From NCBI RefSeq assembly GCF_963921235.1, contig NC_086097.1, positions 136,092,001-136,156,000 of the forward strand: a stretch of DNA of 64,000 nucleotides, written 5' to 3'. Shown piece after piece: positions 50,746-64,000 of this stretch. Below the pieces are notes generated by a model. That model did no database searches, was not told the DNA's origin, and worked only from the letters and a program-made list of their open reading frames with translations. The first letter of the stretch is position 1; each line of letters opens with the position of its first letter. A program made the position numbers and the translations under genes. Origin of the DNA: Mobula hypostoma. Its lineage: Eukaryota.

Positions 50746-52760
50746 ATGGCCTCCCAGCAGCACTTGATGTGTCTCAATGGGAATAGCTCAAGGATGGTCT
50801 GCTTAGGAGCCTTTAATCTGACTTGCTGGAGCTCTTACCCAGGAGTCGGCCATGCACTGGGTCTGGAGGCGCATGTTGGCCAGACTCGGTGAGGATGGCT
50901 GGTTTTCTTCCTGCGGGATATTAATGAACCAAATAGATTTTTACAACAGTCTGACAGTTTTATGATCATCGTTACTGATACAGATTGCTTTCATAAACTG
51001 TATGTAATGGGAATGAATTAATGTCTCTGAAGAACTGGATCCAGCCTCTGGATTGATCTTCTTTTTCTCAGGAAGTATCCCTTAGAATTCGGGATGTCTT
51101 CCTTCTGTTTTAATCCCTGGACACAGACTGCACAACTTGGTCCAACTTGCTAATTGGTCTAATGTCATCTGGAAATACTAACTAACAGAATTATCGATGG
51201 ATATCAGCATCACTTACAACAGAATAAAAATCAGTTGGAAATTGGGGTGGAGAAATGACAGAGGTGAAGTGTTGCATTCTGGGAGGCCATGAGGTCATGC
51301 GGAAGAGGAAAGTATACAGTAAATGTTAAGACTTGTTGGAGCATTGATATACAGAAGCATCTTGGGGTGCAAGTCTGTTGCTCCCTGAAAGTGACAGCAC
51401 AAGTGAATATGATGGTAAAGAAGGCTCATGGTTCACCAAGATATTGTCCTCGAAGTCTCAAAGTCTCCTTGAATGGCAAACTCCCCTTTCTGATGAACCT
51501 TGGTTGTACTTCCTGTATGGAAGTCCATCATTTATCAGGTAAGGAGACCAAAACTGTAAACAGCATTCCACGGGCAGTCTCTTCAAGGCACTATACAATT
51601 GCAATGAAATGGAAACATCAGAGACTGCAGATGCTGGAATCAGGAGCAACATAAAAGGTACTGGAAGAACTCAAAGGATCAGGCAGTATCTGTGGAAGGA
51701 AATGGACTGTCAGTGTTTCAGATCAAGATCCTTAATCTGTACTAAAGAGAATCATCACTCTTCATTCAGATCCACCCATCATCCACAAGCTATTGCTCTT
51801 TCCCTTCCCAGCATCTTTTTATTCTGGCTATCTATCCCTATCTGTCCAGTGTAGGTGAAGGGTCTTGACTCTCCATCCATAGATGCGGCCTGACCTGCTG
51901 AGTTCCTCCAGTGCCTTTTTTATTACTATTGTAGTGGGAAATCTTCAAGCCTGTCCTCAAATCTTCCCGTAATAAAGACCAATGTATCATTTGGCTTACT
52001 AATTGCTGGTTACAAATGCACGTTATCTATCAGTGACAAGTGTATAAGGACACCCAAGTCTCATTGAGTGTCAACACTGTCCAATACCTCAGCATTAAAA
52101 ATCTCCTCTTCATGCACAGAAAGGAGCAATCTCCCATTTTTAACACCTGCCATGTGAAGCCACTCTATATCATCCTGTTCACCTCCTGCTTGGACTTAGC
52201 GTATCGGCAGACTTGGAAATATAACAACTGGACATATTAGTCAAATCAGAGATATGGAATGTAAATTGAAATTTGATGATATAATCACATTTTTTTCAAT
52301 GCTGTCATCATTTCCCAGCAACAATCCTTTACATCCAGTGAGGTAGAATTCTGTGTTATCACTGTATTTAAATTCTGGTGAAATTCCACATTAATCATGT
52401 GTCAAGACCACTCCGCTACTATGTAAGTGCTTTGGCCAACTCCTCATTCGTTTTCTCGGTTTTCCTTTCATTAATTTCCAGGACTTTACCTCATAATTCC
52501 TCTTCTATTTCACTGAGTAATTTTATCAGGTCAAGTATTCAAACTTGCCTTTATTTATTTTTAAAATAGGATGAGTGTCTTTAAAAAAAAAACAAGCAAT
52601 ATACGAATTTCCTTAGCTGCTTCATTGAAACTTTTGGATCTGCATGTCATGGGGATGAGTCATTGTACAGTTGCTTTGTCTGTGGGCAATTCTTGGCTGT
52701 AGGTGTAACTTGATGGCGGTGCACCTGCGTCTGAAGGTCGGATATTGAGAGTTAATGTAT

Positions 52761-53535
52761 TGTTACATTTTGTTTTCCTGGGAGTCCATAGTTCCGTTTA
52801 CTGTGGGCATCATGCATCCCCAGTTTCATTTTATTGGGAGTCCACAGTTTCGTTTATTATATATATAATATATTTATTTATATAAAGTTAACCTTATGAC
52901 GTATGCTGACAGTACAAAAGTAATGTGGGCATAGAGCTGAGAAGGAGTTGAAGGAAAGAGAGAGAGAGTGAAGATTGCAGACATCGAGCTATCCAGGAAC
53001 AGCTCATGAACGAGAGGGGTAAAGTCTAATGCTTACCCAAACCCAAGGGATTGAGTTAATCAGCGGCACACTGAGCATCGTGGAGATGTGTCTGTCCTTC
53101 GTATGATCCATGGGTGTGGATTTCGTGACAGTCACCTTGTAAAATCGCTCTTCGTGGACCTTGGAACAATATTCCTCGGCTGGGATTTTCAGTAATCGTT
53201 TCTTCGTTCGCTAGTCGTGGAAACTTTGGAATTTGTCATGATCGCCTCGTCACTGCACTGTGAATCCACAAATCTTCCCTCTCGCCTATTTCGTGAATTA
53301 CTGGGATGCTCTGAACTGCCACTTTTATGACTGTATTTGCGTAAGATTTGTTAAGAACGGGTTCTAAGTTTGACTGTAAGGGAGCTAAAGACGCATAACA
53401 CTGTTAACTTCTGTTTAAGAAAGCAGTTTAATTTTCTATATCTTTGAGTAGATGTAAATAAATATAGTGATTTTAATATTAAAACCCGACTCAATTTGTC
53501 ACCTCTTGTTGCTGGTACATTACGAAATCGTAATA
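52761..53535 (+). mobile_element. Solo LTR (775 bp)
   Basis: TGTTAC...GTAATA termini, 4-bp TSD GTAT on both sides, AATAAA at ~53457. Confidence 0.75.
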
Positions 53536-55759
53536 GTATTATTATCTGTCTCGTCCTCCCGCTCTGTTCCAACAGAGTGCGATAAAAGTCAGTGGCTTTT
53601 TGGTGAGTTCCCTACCTTTGGAAATATCCTTATTTTAAAGACAGATAGGTTTCCTCTGAGCAAAAATGGTTTCTGGAAATTATAGGCAATTGGGAACAAA
53701 GCTAGTGGGGAAATTCCTCTAGCAGCCCTTCTATCTGTTTGACCCAGCACTTTATTTACCATTCCAGACTCTCTAAAAATGTAGCAAGTTGTTACTGTGT
53801 GCAACTTTCTGCCTGGAATGTTGGTGGAAAGTGAAGTTTCTCTCTCAACCTGAACCTGGTGGAACATGTCAGCGTGGAAGCAATTTTTCACCTTTCTAAA
53901 GTCTAGTATACCCAACCTTTCAAGGACATCAAAGGGTATGGAGAGAAGGCAGGAGAATGGAGTTGAGAAGGAAAATAAATCAGCTACAATCGAATGGTGA
54001 AGCAGACTTGATGGGCTGTATGGCCTAATTCTGCCCCTGTGTCTTATGGTCTTATGGGAGGCATTCTCAGCCTGAAGTCAGAAGTCCTGGGATCCTGGTC
54101 CTAACTCAGAGACGCCAGCATGTGGTCAAGGCTTATGATCCCAGGATTAAACTGAGAACGCCAGTGGTGTCATCACCAAGCCATCAATCAATGCATTTGA
54201 TAGTTATACAAAGCTTTCTTCTCTCAGAAGATGGCGAATTGCTCTACTTCTCTACCTCTAAAGGTCTGGAAGCTGGATTATTCAAAATCTTTAAGATGGA
54301 AATGGATAAATATTTGGAAGATCAAGGAGCTATAGAACTGGCTTAGAAGAGTACTGGAGCTCAGGACAAATCAACCATGATCACATAGAATTGAGGGACA
54401 TAGTGGAAAACTCCTGTTTTATTTTCTTGTGTTCTTCCTTGCAATAAATGGTGAATCAGGTCTGGAATCATCAATAAAGCTTTAGTTAAGGTTCATGGGT
54501 TCATCTCAAAGAAGACTAATTTGCTAGTATGGGATCAGTGTGAACGCCTAGTCAATGGTCAGCATGGACTTGGCAGGACTTAATCCCTGCCGTATGACTC
54601 TATGACTAAGACTTGCCAAGTCAATGTCTATAAACAACAGGGCAAACCTAACCATGGCTGTCAATATGCACTATTTTTGCAGGGTAGTTTTTTTTCCCTA
54701 TTCTTTCTATCCCGTCTCAGAGGTGCTGACTCATCCTGGAACAGTGTTTCGGAAACACCTGCAGCTCTGTTCTCTCCAGAACTATTTTTCACTCCCGCCC
54801 TCCTCTTTTCCCAAACAAATTGGCTCTCGTCCCCAGCAAAGCTCTCCATGAATTGACACCCTCAAACGGGGAAAGAAACTGCACTAACCTAGGACACGTG
54901 TGCAATCTCAGGATACTCCAAAGCACTTTGCAGCCAATGAACTATGTCAGAAGTGTTGTAATGTAGGAATTCAACAGTGAATGTTGGCCTTCAACATAAA
55001 TTCCAGGAATAACAGAGGCAAGTTGAGAAGAGCGCGGAAATCAGAAGTGAAATAGCAAATGCTGGGAATGGACAAGGAAATGTGACAGCTCCCCTGGAGA
55101 GAGAAGTACACACACACACACACACACACAGATTCACATATACATAAGTTGTATATCACTAATGCTTATACACATGCAAACACATCTACATATATATACC
55201 TACAAGCACTCGCACGCACACAGTGGTGTTGACGTTGATTGCAGAGGTCAGTGCATAAATCCAGACTGATGCCGGAGCCATATGTGTTAAATCACCAGGG
55301 AGGGTTAAATAAACTATAAATTCTCAAACTCTTGATTTAATGGTAATCAACGTTTTCGTAATTATTGATGGAAACTGATGAGTCTAAAAAGAGAAACTAA
55401 TTTTATGGTTGGAAAAATTAAAGGCCAATGTCAGAAAATTAGAGCTGGTCTGTTCAGAAACACTCCCACAGAGAGAGAGAGGGAGAAAAACTCTCTCCTG
55501 TAAGTGGCAATTTATTCTCAGTTAGCTATTAATTTAAAATTTAAGTCTAATCTTCGGTAACTGAATGTAATAAGGGGTGTGGGATTACTTGGATGGGGCA
55601 TTGTTCCCTGTGAGGGGAAGAATATAGTCAATAACCTTCTATGCGTTTCAGCCTTGACACTGAGCTCTCGTCTCTACAGTGCGACTCAGACCCACACCCT
55701 CCTGATTCAGAGGGACAGCTTGAACCGCTGAGCCACAGATTGCCAAGTGTGTCAGACCT

Positions 55760-56260
55760 ACAAACACAGAATACCAGAGGAACTCAGCAGGTCAGGCATC
55801 ATCTATGGAGAGGAATAAGCAGTTGACGTTTCGGGCCAAGACCCTTCATCAGGACTGGAAAGGAAGGGGGAAGAAGCCAGAGTAATAAGGTGGGAGCAGG
55901 GGTAAGAGTACAAGCTTGGAGCTGATGGGTGAAAACAGCTGAGAAGGAAGTTGGGGAGGGGTCGTGAGGTAAGAAGTGAAAAGCTGGCAAGTGATTGGTG
56001 GAAAAGCTAAAGGGTTGAAGAAGAAGGAACCTGATAGGAGAGGGCAGTGAATCGTAGGAGACAGGGAAGGAAATGGGGTACTAGAGGGAGGTGACGGGCA
56101 GATGAGAGGGGAAGGGTAAGAGGGGAGCCAGAATGGGAAATTGAAAAAGAGAGAAGGGGTGGGAAGGAGAAATGAACTGAAGTTAGGTAGTATTCCATAT
56201 TCTATCTGGGTAGGCCACGCCAGAGGCTATCCAGATGGAATGAGGTGCTGTGCATCCACC
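55760..56260 (-). mobile_element. PLE 3' fragment
   Basis: Same terminal repeat and UTR as the other PLE copies. Confidence 0.8.
55820..55857 (-). ncRNA. Minimal hammerhead ribozyme motif
   Basis: CAGTC-CTGATGA-A-GGGTCTTGGCCC-GAAAC-GTC-AACTG; core and stem II intact, one stem I mismatch. Confidence 0.75.
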
Positions 56261-56574
56261 CTTGTCCTATGTCAGATCTTCCCTCTGTATTATGATTCCA
56301 CCACATGTGTATGATTGGGAGATTTAGCTGTTAACAATTCTACAACAAAGGCCAAGTAATGTTCAGATAACTTATACCCTAGTTCTTCCTTCACCTTGTG
56401 CCAGGTGTGCAAGATCAAAGCAAAGAAAGAATGACCTGTAAAAAATATTATGAGGCCCTAGAAATGCAAGGTAGGCATAACATCAACTGCTATCAGTGGT
56501 AGGAACACTCCATTGCATCTGAAGCACACTGGTCTTCCAGTGCAAGGAACCACGTGTCACCACTGGCACAGTAC

Positions 56575-57125
56575 AAAGTCCTCTTGCTCCATAGTGCCAA
56601 AGATCTGGTTCAATACTGATCTCAGATGCTGCTTGTGTGGAGTTTGCATGTTCTCCCATTGTCCACATGGGTTTCCTCCGGGTGTTCTGGTTTCCTCCCA
56701 AATCTCCAAGTCATGAAGGTTGGTTTGGGTTAATTGGTCACTGAAAATTATCCCTAGGGTAGAATCTAGGGGTAGTTGACCGGAGTGTGGGGAGAATTAA
56801 ATACAGTTCAAAGTTCAAAGTAAATTTTATTATCGATGTATATATGTGTTACCATCTACAACCCTGAGATTCATTTTCCTGCGAGCATTCTCAGCAAATC
56901 TATAGAATAGTAACTGTAAACAGGATCAGTGAAAGATCAGTCATAGTGCAGAAGACAACAAACTGTGAAAAATGCAAATGTAAATAAATAGCAATAAATA
57001 ATGAGAACATGAAATAATGAGATAAAGAATCCTTAAAGTGAAATAATGGGGTTAATATAGGATAAGTGTAAATGGGTGGTTGATAGAGTCGATGGGCTGA
57101 ACTGCCTGTTTCCAGCTCTGTTTCT
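56575..57125 (+). mobile_element. tRNA-derived SINE interrupted by a LINE-tail fragment
   Basis: GGTTCAATACT B-box, GTGTGGAGTTTGCATGTTCTCCC, GGGTTTCCTCCGGGTG; insert at ~56805-57045. Confidence 0.65.
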
Positions 57126-57534
57126 TCCTTATGATTCTGCATGTTGACGTTAGTGCTGTCACTGCAAATGGGTAAGGTCACACTAATTTAATGCCTTCCT
57201 GCTAATGCAGACTGAAAGGCTGGCTATCTGAAGTCATTGAATTCAATATTGAGTCCCAAGGGCTGTAGCCTGCCCAGTCAGAAGGTTAGGTGCTGTTCCT
57301 CAGATTCAGGTTCAGATGAATTTATTGCCATATAGATCAGGGTACAATGAAATTCTTTGCTTGGGTGAAGTTCAGAGAGTAAACAGTGTACATGGTAAAA
57401 ATAAATAGAACAATAAATGCTGCGATGAGCACAGACCAACAGAATGATGCAAAGACTGTAAAGTTTAAAGCAGTGCAAAAAGAAATACTCGAGTAAAAAT
57501 AGTGGAATAACACACTGAAAGGAGTTACAGTGTT

Positions 57535-57880
57535 AGTGAGGGCTGGAAGACTGGAGGGGTTACAGATCAGGAGGGGTGTAGGGACTGGAGAGGGTTACAA
57601 GAGGTGGGAGGCCAGGTAGGGGTGAGAGGGGTTTACAGATATAGGGAAGGGTGTATGGTTCAGGCAGAGTTACAGAGACAGAGAGGGGAGTAAGGGCAGA
57701 AGGGGCTACAGTGATATAGAGGGGTGTAGGGGATGGAAGAGGTTACAGGGATTGTGAAGGTTGTATGGACTATGAGATACAGAGTATGCAAGGGTTTGAG
57801 GGGTTTATAATGATAGGGAGGGGTGTAGGGACCCATGTGGGTTACAGAAGGGGCTTAGGAGCTGGGGAGAGTCACAGAGA
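57535..57880. repeat. Degenerate purine-rich ~33-35-bp tandem repeat
   Basis: Recurring GGTTACAGA and AGGGGTGTAGGGA. Confidence 0.75.
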
Positions 57881-57989
57881 AAGGTCCACTCTTTTTCACT
57901 GGTGACTACAGAGATTATCTTTAGTGATGTACCTCATCTGGGTCATTTGCTGTTTCATGGCCTTTCAGTATCCAGCTCTAACTGAGGAG

Positions 57990-59625
57990 CAATTCAAGTT
58001 CAAGTTAATTGCCACTCAGCCATACATATGTCGTCTGCCAAACAATACAACGTTCCTCCAGACCAAGGTGCACAACACAGTACATAAAACTCACACACAT
58101 AACACATCATGTAACATCAGCTCAAATAAATTAACGGATAAGGTGCATATGCAGTATGATAAATGTTAAAAAGAAAACTATTGGCTCTTCATATGTGATG
58201 AGACCTGGGTGGTAGCAGGGAGTTCAGTAGTCTTACAGCCTGGGGGAAGAAGGTGTTTCCCATCCTAACAGTTCTTGTCCTAATGCTACGGTACCTCCTG
58301 CCTCATGGTAGGGGGTCAAAGAGATTATTGGATCGATGGGAGGGATCACTGACAAAGCTGAGGGCCCTGCGTATGCAGTGCTCCTGATCAATATCTCTGA
58401 TGGGTGGAGGAGAGATCCTGATGATCCTCTCAGCCGTCCTCACAATCCTTTGTAGGGACTTTCGGTCACATGCTTTGCAATGACCTTTCCAGACAATGAT
58501 GCAGATGGTCTTGATGGTGCTCCTGTAAAAACTGGTTGAAACGTGGGGGGGGGGGGGGGGAGGGGAGACTCATTCGTCTCAATCTTCTCAGGAACTGGAG
58601 CTGCTGCTGCGCTTTCATGACCGAACTGGTGGGGTTGAGGGACCAGGTGAGATCGTCCGTTATGTGCACTCCCAGAAACCTGGTGCTCCTAACTCTCTCC
58701 TCGGAGAAGCCGTATATGTGCAGTGAGGAGTGGTCAGCCTGTACCTTCTTAAAGTCCACAGTGTTCTCTGTGGTCTTGTTCACGTGGAGACCCATTGCTG
58801 TGATCGCACTAGTCTACCAGCTGCTCTGTCTCCTCACTGTATGCTGTCTCATTAATGCTGTTGATGAGGCCAACCACTGTTGTGTCATCAGTGAAATTGG
58901 TAGTTTGGTTTGAACCAGATCTAAAAATGTGGTCATGCATCAGCAGCCGGATGAGTATGCAGCCCTGGGGAGCGCTGGCGCTCAGCATGATAGAACGAGA
59001 GATGTTTTTGCAAGTATAGACTGACAATAGCCTTTATGTCCAGGATCCAGTACAGGGAGAGGTGTTAAAACCCAATGAGGACAGTTTGCCCACCAGCTTC
59101 TACGATCATATGGAACATATTGAATGTATGAAAATATAGAATGTATTATCATATGGAGCATATGAACATATTGAATGTATAATAATACTGGTCAATAAAC
59201 AGCATCCTGGCATGTGAGCACCATTTTTCTGATGGGACTGGCAGAGGTTATGGTTATCATCAGTAGACTGATTTGAGTGAGAAGTAAATTGGAAAGGGTC
59301 CAATGTAGCAGGAAGAATGGATTTAATGTGATTCATAACCAGCTGCTCGAAGCACTTCATTATTGTTGAAGTCAGTGTACTGGATGATAGTCATCATGGG
59401 AAATTACTGTCGCCCTCTTAGCTGCTGGGTTGATGGTGGATACCTTGAATCCCAAGGGGACAATGGACTCTCCCAGAGAGATTTTGAAGATGTCTGCTAG
59501 AAGCTCAGTTGGCTGAGCTGCACAGTCCCTCAGCAGCCACCAGGGTATATTATCAGACCCTGCAGCTTGACATGGCCTAGGGTCTTCCTCACATCAGCTG
59601 CATCCAGACAGAGCTCCTTGTACTG
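57990..59625 (-). mobile_element. Rex/Babar LINE family C copy
   Basis: [41 protein letters not shown]; homologous to 18020-19866. Confidence 0.85.
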
Positions 59626-60197
59626 CGATGGTCTTTTGTAAGGATGGGTCCTTATTCCAGGCAACATAATAAAAGCTCCAAACATCACGTACATCAGTGA
59701 TTCCTAAACTATCCTCCCACTGCCTTCAGTGCTTGAGTGTTTTAAGGCAAGGAGCATCGGGGAATGAGCAAGAGTTTCAGCATTAGGGTTAGGAATATCC
59801 CTGAGGTGCCCATGGACACCATATATTTCCTCTCCAGAGTCACCCGAGCATGGGTGTCTGTCAAATCTCTTTTAAATCTGTCTCCCCTCACTTTAAAACT
59901 ATGGTCTCTAGTTTTGGATTCTTCCACCCTGGGAAAATGACTGTGACCTTTCACCTTATCCATCCCCCTCATGATTGTGTCTGTCCTGACAGGAAAGTGC
60001 CTGAAGATTTGAACTTTCCAGGGCTGGGGTCAGTGCTGGGTGAGCAAACTCTGTCCAAGGAGGGGCAGGAGGAACCCAACGCTGTATGATTCATTGGTGT
60101 GGGCTGGAGTCTGGTTGGCCCAAGCCTTCCTCAGTTCCCAACCTGAGTTCCTCAGTTGCAAACCTGAGATCCTTGGGCAGGCCTGGCAGCAATGATC

Positions 60198-60356
60198 ACA
60201 GAAAATGCTGGAGGAACTCAGCAGGCCAGGCAGCATCTTTGGAAAAAAGGTACAGTGGACATTCCGGGCCAAAACCCTTCGGCAGAACTCCAGAGTTCCT
60301 CCAGCACTTTGTGTGTGTTGCTCGGATTTCCAGCGTCTGCAGACTTTCTCTTGTTT
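60198..60356. mobile_element. 159-bp fold-back PLE mini-element with 15-bp TSD
   Basis: Flanks CTGGCAGCAATGATC / CTGGCAGCGATGGTC; arms AAATGCTGGAGGAACTC / GAGTTCCTCCAGCACTT. Confidence 0.75.
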
Positions 60357-62906
60357 CTGGCAGCGATGGTCTCTGCCTCCTGTACGTCATGGAATACACA
60401 AACTAGGCACCTCAAAGCACCAGGGAAGATGCTGGAGCAACTCGGCAGGTCAGGCAACATCTGTGGGGGGAAACAGACAGTCAACATTTCAGAGAAGACC
60501 TTTCGTCTGGACTGCTCTTGTTAGTTATATTATTTTAAATTTATATTATGCTCGTGAAATGTGTGTTTGTCATGTTTGTAATGTACCATGCTGCTGCAGA
60601 AAAAAAGTTCATTTTTATGGCATTTATACTCAGGGTATTCATGGCCATCACAATAAATTTAAACTTCAACTCAGACTTGTTGCTACAGATTCCAGCATCT
60701 GCAGCCTCTTGTACCTTAGAGCCCCAGTGAGATATCCCCAATCCTGCCTCTACAGAATCTCTCATCTACTGGCAGGATAAGCGAAAAATCCCAGTGTCCA
60801 GTCACCCCACAGATGCTGCCTGACCCACTGTGACTTGCTCTTGTGGGGTGTGGCTCTGTTTTCCAGCACATGCAGTCCCTGGTCCTCCATGACCCATTCC
60901 CAGGGCAGACATTCTCCCGTTGCTGAGCACCTTAAAATAATGTTCACTTTGGTCGTTAAACTGATTGGGACTGCGTGCTACGATCTGCCATGACAGTGAT
61001 AGGCCAAATGGACGCATCTTGGCCCCTGTGGATTGTGTTGCTCTCTTGGGACTCCTGACGCACGAGAAGCTGCAGGGTTAAATCACAGGGCAGGTTCTTT
61101 CACACAGAGGGTGGTGGGAATCAGTAACGAGCTGCCCGAGATGGCGGCGGGGGTGGGGGTACAATTCGTTGTCTGAACTTATTTTATTATTGTCACATGT
61201 GTTGAGATACAGTGAAACTTTTATTTGAAACAGAACGTAGAATGCAGTGTCACAATAGGAGTGAAATTGCAGCGCACGTAAACAAGTAAGGTGTAAGGGC
61301 CACAACAAGGATCGAGGGTTGGCACGGTAACACAATCGCTTTACAGCACCAGTGTCTGATAGCATTCAACTTCTGTCCTTGTCTGTAAGGAGTGTGTCCT
61401 TTCTCCCCATGACTGTGCAGGATTCCTCTGGGAGATTCGGTTTCCTCCCATATTCCTCTGGGTAGGGTGATGGTTAGTGAGTTGAGGGTGCGCTATGGTG
61501 GGCGCCGGAAGCAGGCCGACACTTGAGGGCTGCCCCCAGCACAATGATCGGATTGCGTTGACACAAAACGACAAATTTATCCGGACGTTTCAACGTACAT
61601 GTGACTAATGAAGCTGGTCTTCATCGCTTTATCTTTTGGTAAACTGAGGGTCCGTGCAGGAGTCTGATAACAGCAGGATAGAAGCTGTCCTTGAGCCTGG
61701 TGGTACCAGCTTTAAAAAGTGTTTGCACAGATACATGGGTAGGATTGGCATTGAGAGATATGGACCGGAAACAGGCAAACGGGATTAGTATAACAGTAAA
61801 AAAACTGGAGGAACTCAATGGGTCAGGAAGCATCTCTGGAAGAAAATAGACACTTGGTGCTTCCCGTCGCGACGGTTCATCTGAACTCAGATCCAGCACC
61901 TTGCTTGTTGGTCGAGAATTCAACGTCGGCTCTGCCTAGTGCCCGCACCTGGGATTGGTGTCCCTCGACATGACGGTCGAATTCGGGTTGCGACGGCAGC
62001 AGCAGCTCTCCAGTGCAAATACCTGACATTATTATAAACCACAAAACGAACAGATTGTGTAAAATAAAAGCCATAACCAGGAGGTGTTCATGGCTTCATC
62101 GACCGTTCAATATGGCGAGGAGCACCAAAGAGCCCGTTTCTGTGCTGTTCCCTCGCACACCCAATATCCTCCGGCACAGGAGGCAGTTCGGCCCATCGTT
62201 CACGCCTAGCAACGGTCAGAGGCTCAACCGGCCCGTTATTTCTGTCCTGCGCCGTGCAACTACAGCCTGGCACTGAACTATTCGTGCCATCTGACAGCTC
62301 TGGTTTTGCTGCCGTTTGCGGAGCTCTGACATCGTGCTGTGTCCGGAGGTTCATATGCAGGAGACCGCCTGGGACGCCCTCTGTTGATCATTACAGAGGG
62401 AGTAGACACATATGAATGAATGGGTCTGGTCAGCCGCGCTCTACAATTAAAGTTGCAACGTATTTTCGATAGAGCCGTCCCCGTTAACAGAGCGGAGATG
62501 TAAACTTATATATTAAAAAAAAGTAAATGGCCTCAATCAAGTCCACAATGAGGGGGAAATAATCCTGCAGGGGTCCGGGGAAAGAGAAGGACAGTGGGAT
62601 TATTATAACGCTCCTTCAAAGAGCCGGTATTGTCTTGAAGGACCGAACGGTGAAGAACTGTATGTGGTGGATGATTCCACCATGTGAGAGAGGTATCGCT
62701 GCCGTCAGACAGCCCCTCAGATACCAGTAGCCCAAGACAGAATTATAGAGGGTAGAAAGGCAGCCATTTGGCCCATCTCTCTATTCCGCTGAGTCTTGGT
62801 TGACAATCCGAAATACAGGTAGTTTAAAGACAGGTGATTTTAAGGTGCACACCTTTCTTTCAGGCACACAATACACAACGTACACTTATAAACTGAGAAG
62901 CGCACT

Positions 62907-62971
<65 letters not shown>

Positions 62972-62997
62972 GCACACACACACACACACACACACAC
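62907..62997. repeat. (CT)n(CA)n microsatellite
   Basis: Direct reading. Confidence 0.95.
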
Positions 62998-64000
62998 GTA
63001 GTCATATTCGGTTTCAGAGACACCTCTTTCTCTCTCTTACGGACAAAACGCGCGCACGTTGAGTCTTGGTCAGTGACAGCGGTAAAATATAAATGTTCCC
63101 CTGCTCAGAAATACGGCACGAACAGACTAAAAGTGTTAAAGAACATCCAGGTAGTAAGGTATCGGAAGGATTGGTTTCCAGGGAAGATTTGTACTCAGCT
63201 TGCCGGGTGGGCGGGTTTTAGAACCCCCCCTCCCCCCGAAACCCCATCGATTCACCGACCAAAAAAATGTTATAAAAGACGCGGAACTTCCTTTGGGCTG
63301 TACTAGTGTTAGAGAAAGTCAGTGCAGGGAAGAGGAGGGGACCAGAATAAAGAAGCCTATTAAGATTACGCACGGTTTAGTGGGAGGAAAGTAACTTTTG
63401 CGCAGAATTGGTTCACCCTGGCATTGATTTAATCTCTGGGCGCGCTAGAAACTAACTGTGAATGCATGCAAAGAAAAACGAATGCGAGTATTCTAAACAT
63501 ATTTAAGTTTTATTTATTTTGATAACAGACGCGTCCCAGGTTGATGCTGAAATAAATTTTCACCAGCTGGGGGAAATAATATTTAACCCTCTGCTACTGC
63601 GACTGAAGATTTGAACTGAAGTGAAAATTTGCAGAAGGTCTTGCTTTTTTTTCCCCCTGTGCGTGAGTTCTGCACAAATTCTATTCAGTATCTTTTGGGG
63701 ACGTGTATGTGCCGGATGATCCAAGTGGCCCCCCGAGCACAAGATGAAGTATTGACTCTATCCTGAGACTTGAAGACCTCACACATACACAGACACAAAC
63801 ACGGGACAACTGTGCCTAACTCAAGAGCAAGACCACTTCAATCAGAGGATACAGCAAGGTGGGTGAACTGTTTTTTAATTACCCGACGGACGAGATTTTT
63901 TATTATTTGCAAAAGAAAACACTCCACTGATTTCCAGCATTTGCAGAATTTATTGCTTTGAATTTTGATTTGCTAACGGTTGATCGCAGCAACCTTTCTA

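Noticed and set aside
59105..59181. Direct repeat of ATGGAACATATTGAATGTAT-like sequence
   Set aside because: It is a small local duplication inside a dead LINE, with no sign of function.

Overview
This is eukaryotic, repeat-dominated non-coding DNA. The repeat mix (CR1 3' ends, tRNA-derived SINEs, Rex/Babar LINEs, Penelope-like elements) suggests a cartilaginous fish, probably a ray; that assignment is inference. I could not recognise any host protein-coding exon, rRNA, tRNA or CRISPR array, and most listed ORFs are transposon remnants or simple-repeat artefacts. The window holds a fragmented Buster/Charlie hAT fossil with ~80-bp MITEs, a Tc1 derivative, several Rex/Babar copies, a Tx1-type L1 3' end and a 775-bp solo LTR. 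It also holds a 33-bp minisatellite, a 3.3-kb structured (TG)n array and a full-length degenerate chromodomain Gypsy element at 42264-47612. Two signals stand out. First, Penelope terminal repeats carry a minimal hammerhead ribozyme motif and have spread as ~160-bp fold-back mini-elements, some with their own target-site duplications. Second, the Gypsy primer-binding site is complementary to its own LTR, as in Tf1-type tRNA-independent self-priming. Several unique motif-rich islands and rising CpG at the right edge hint at a regulatory landscape. Boundaries of old repeats are approximate.
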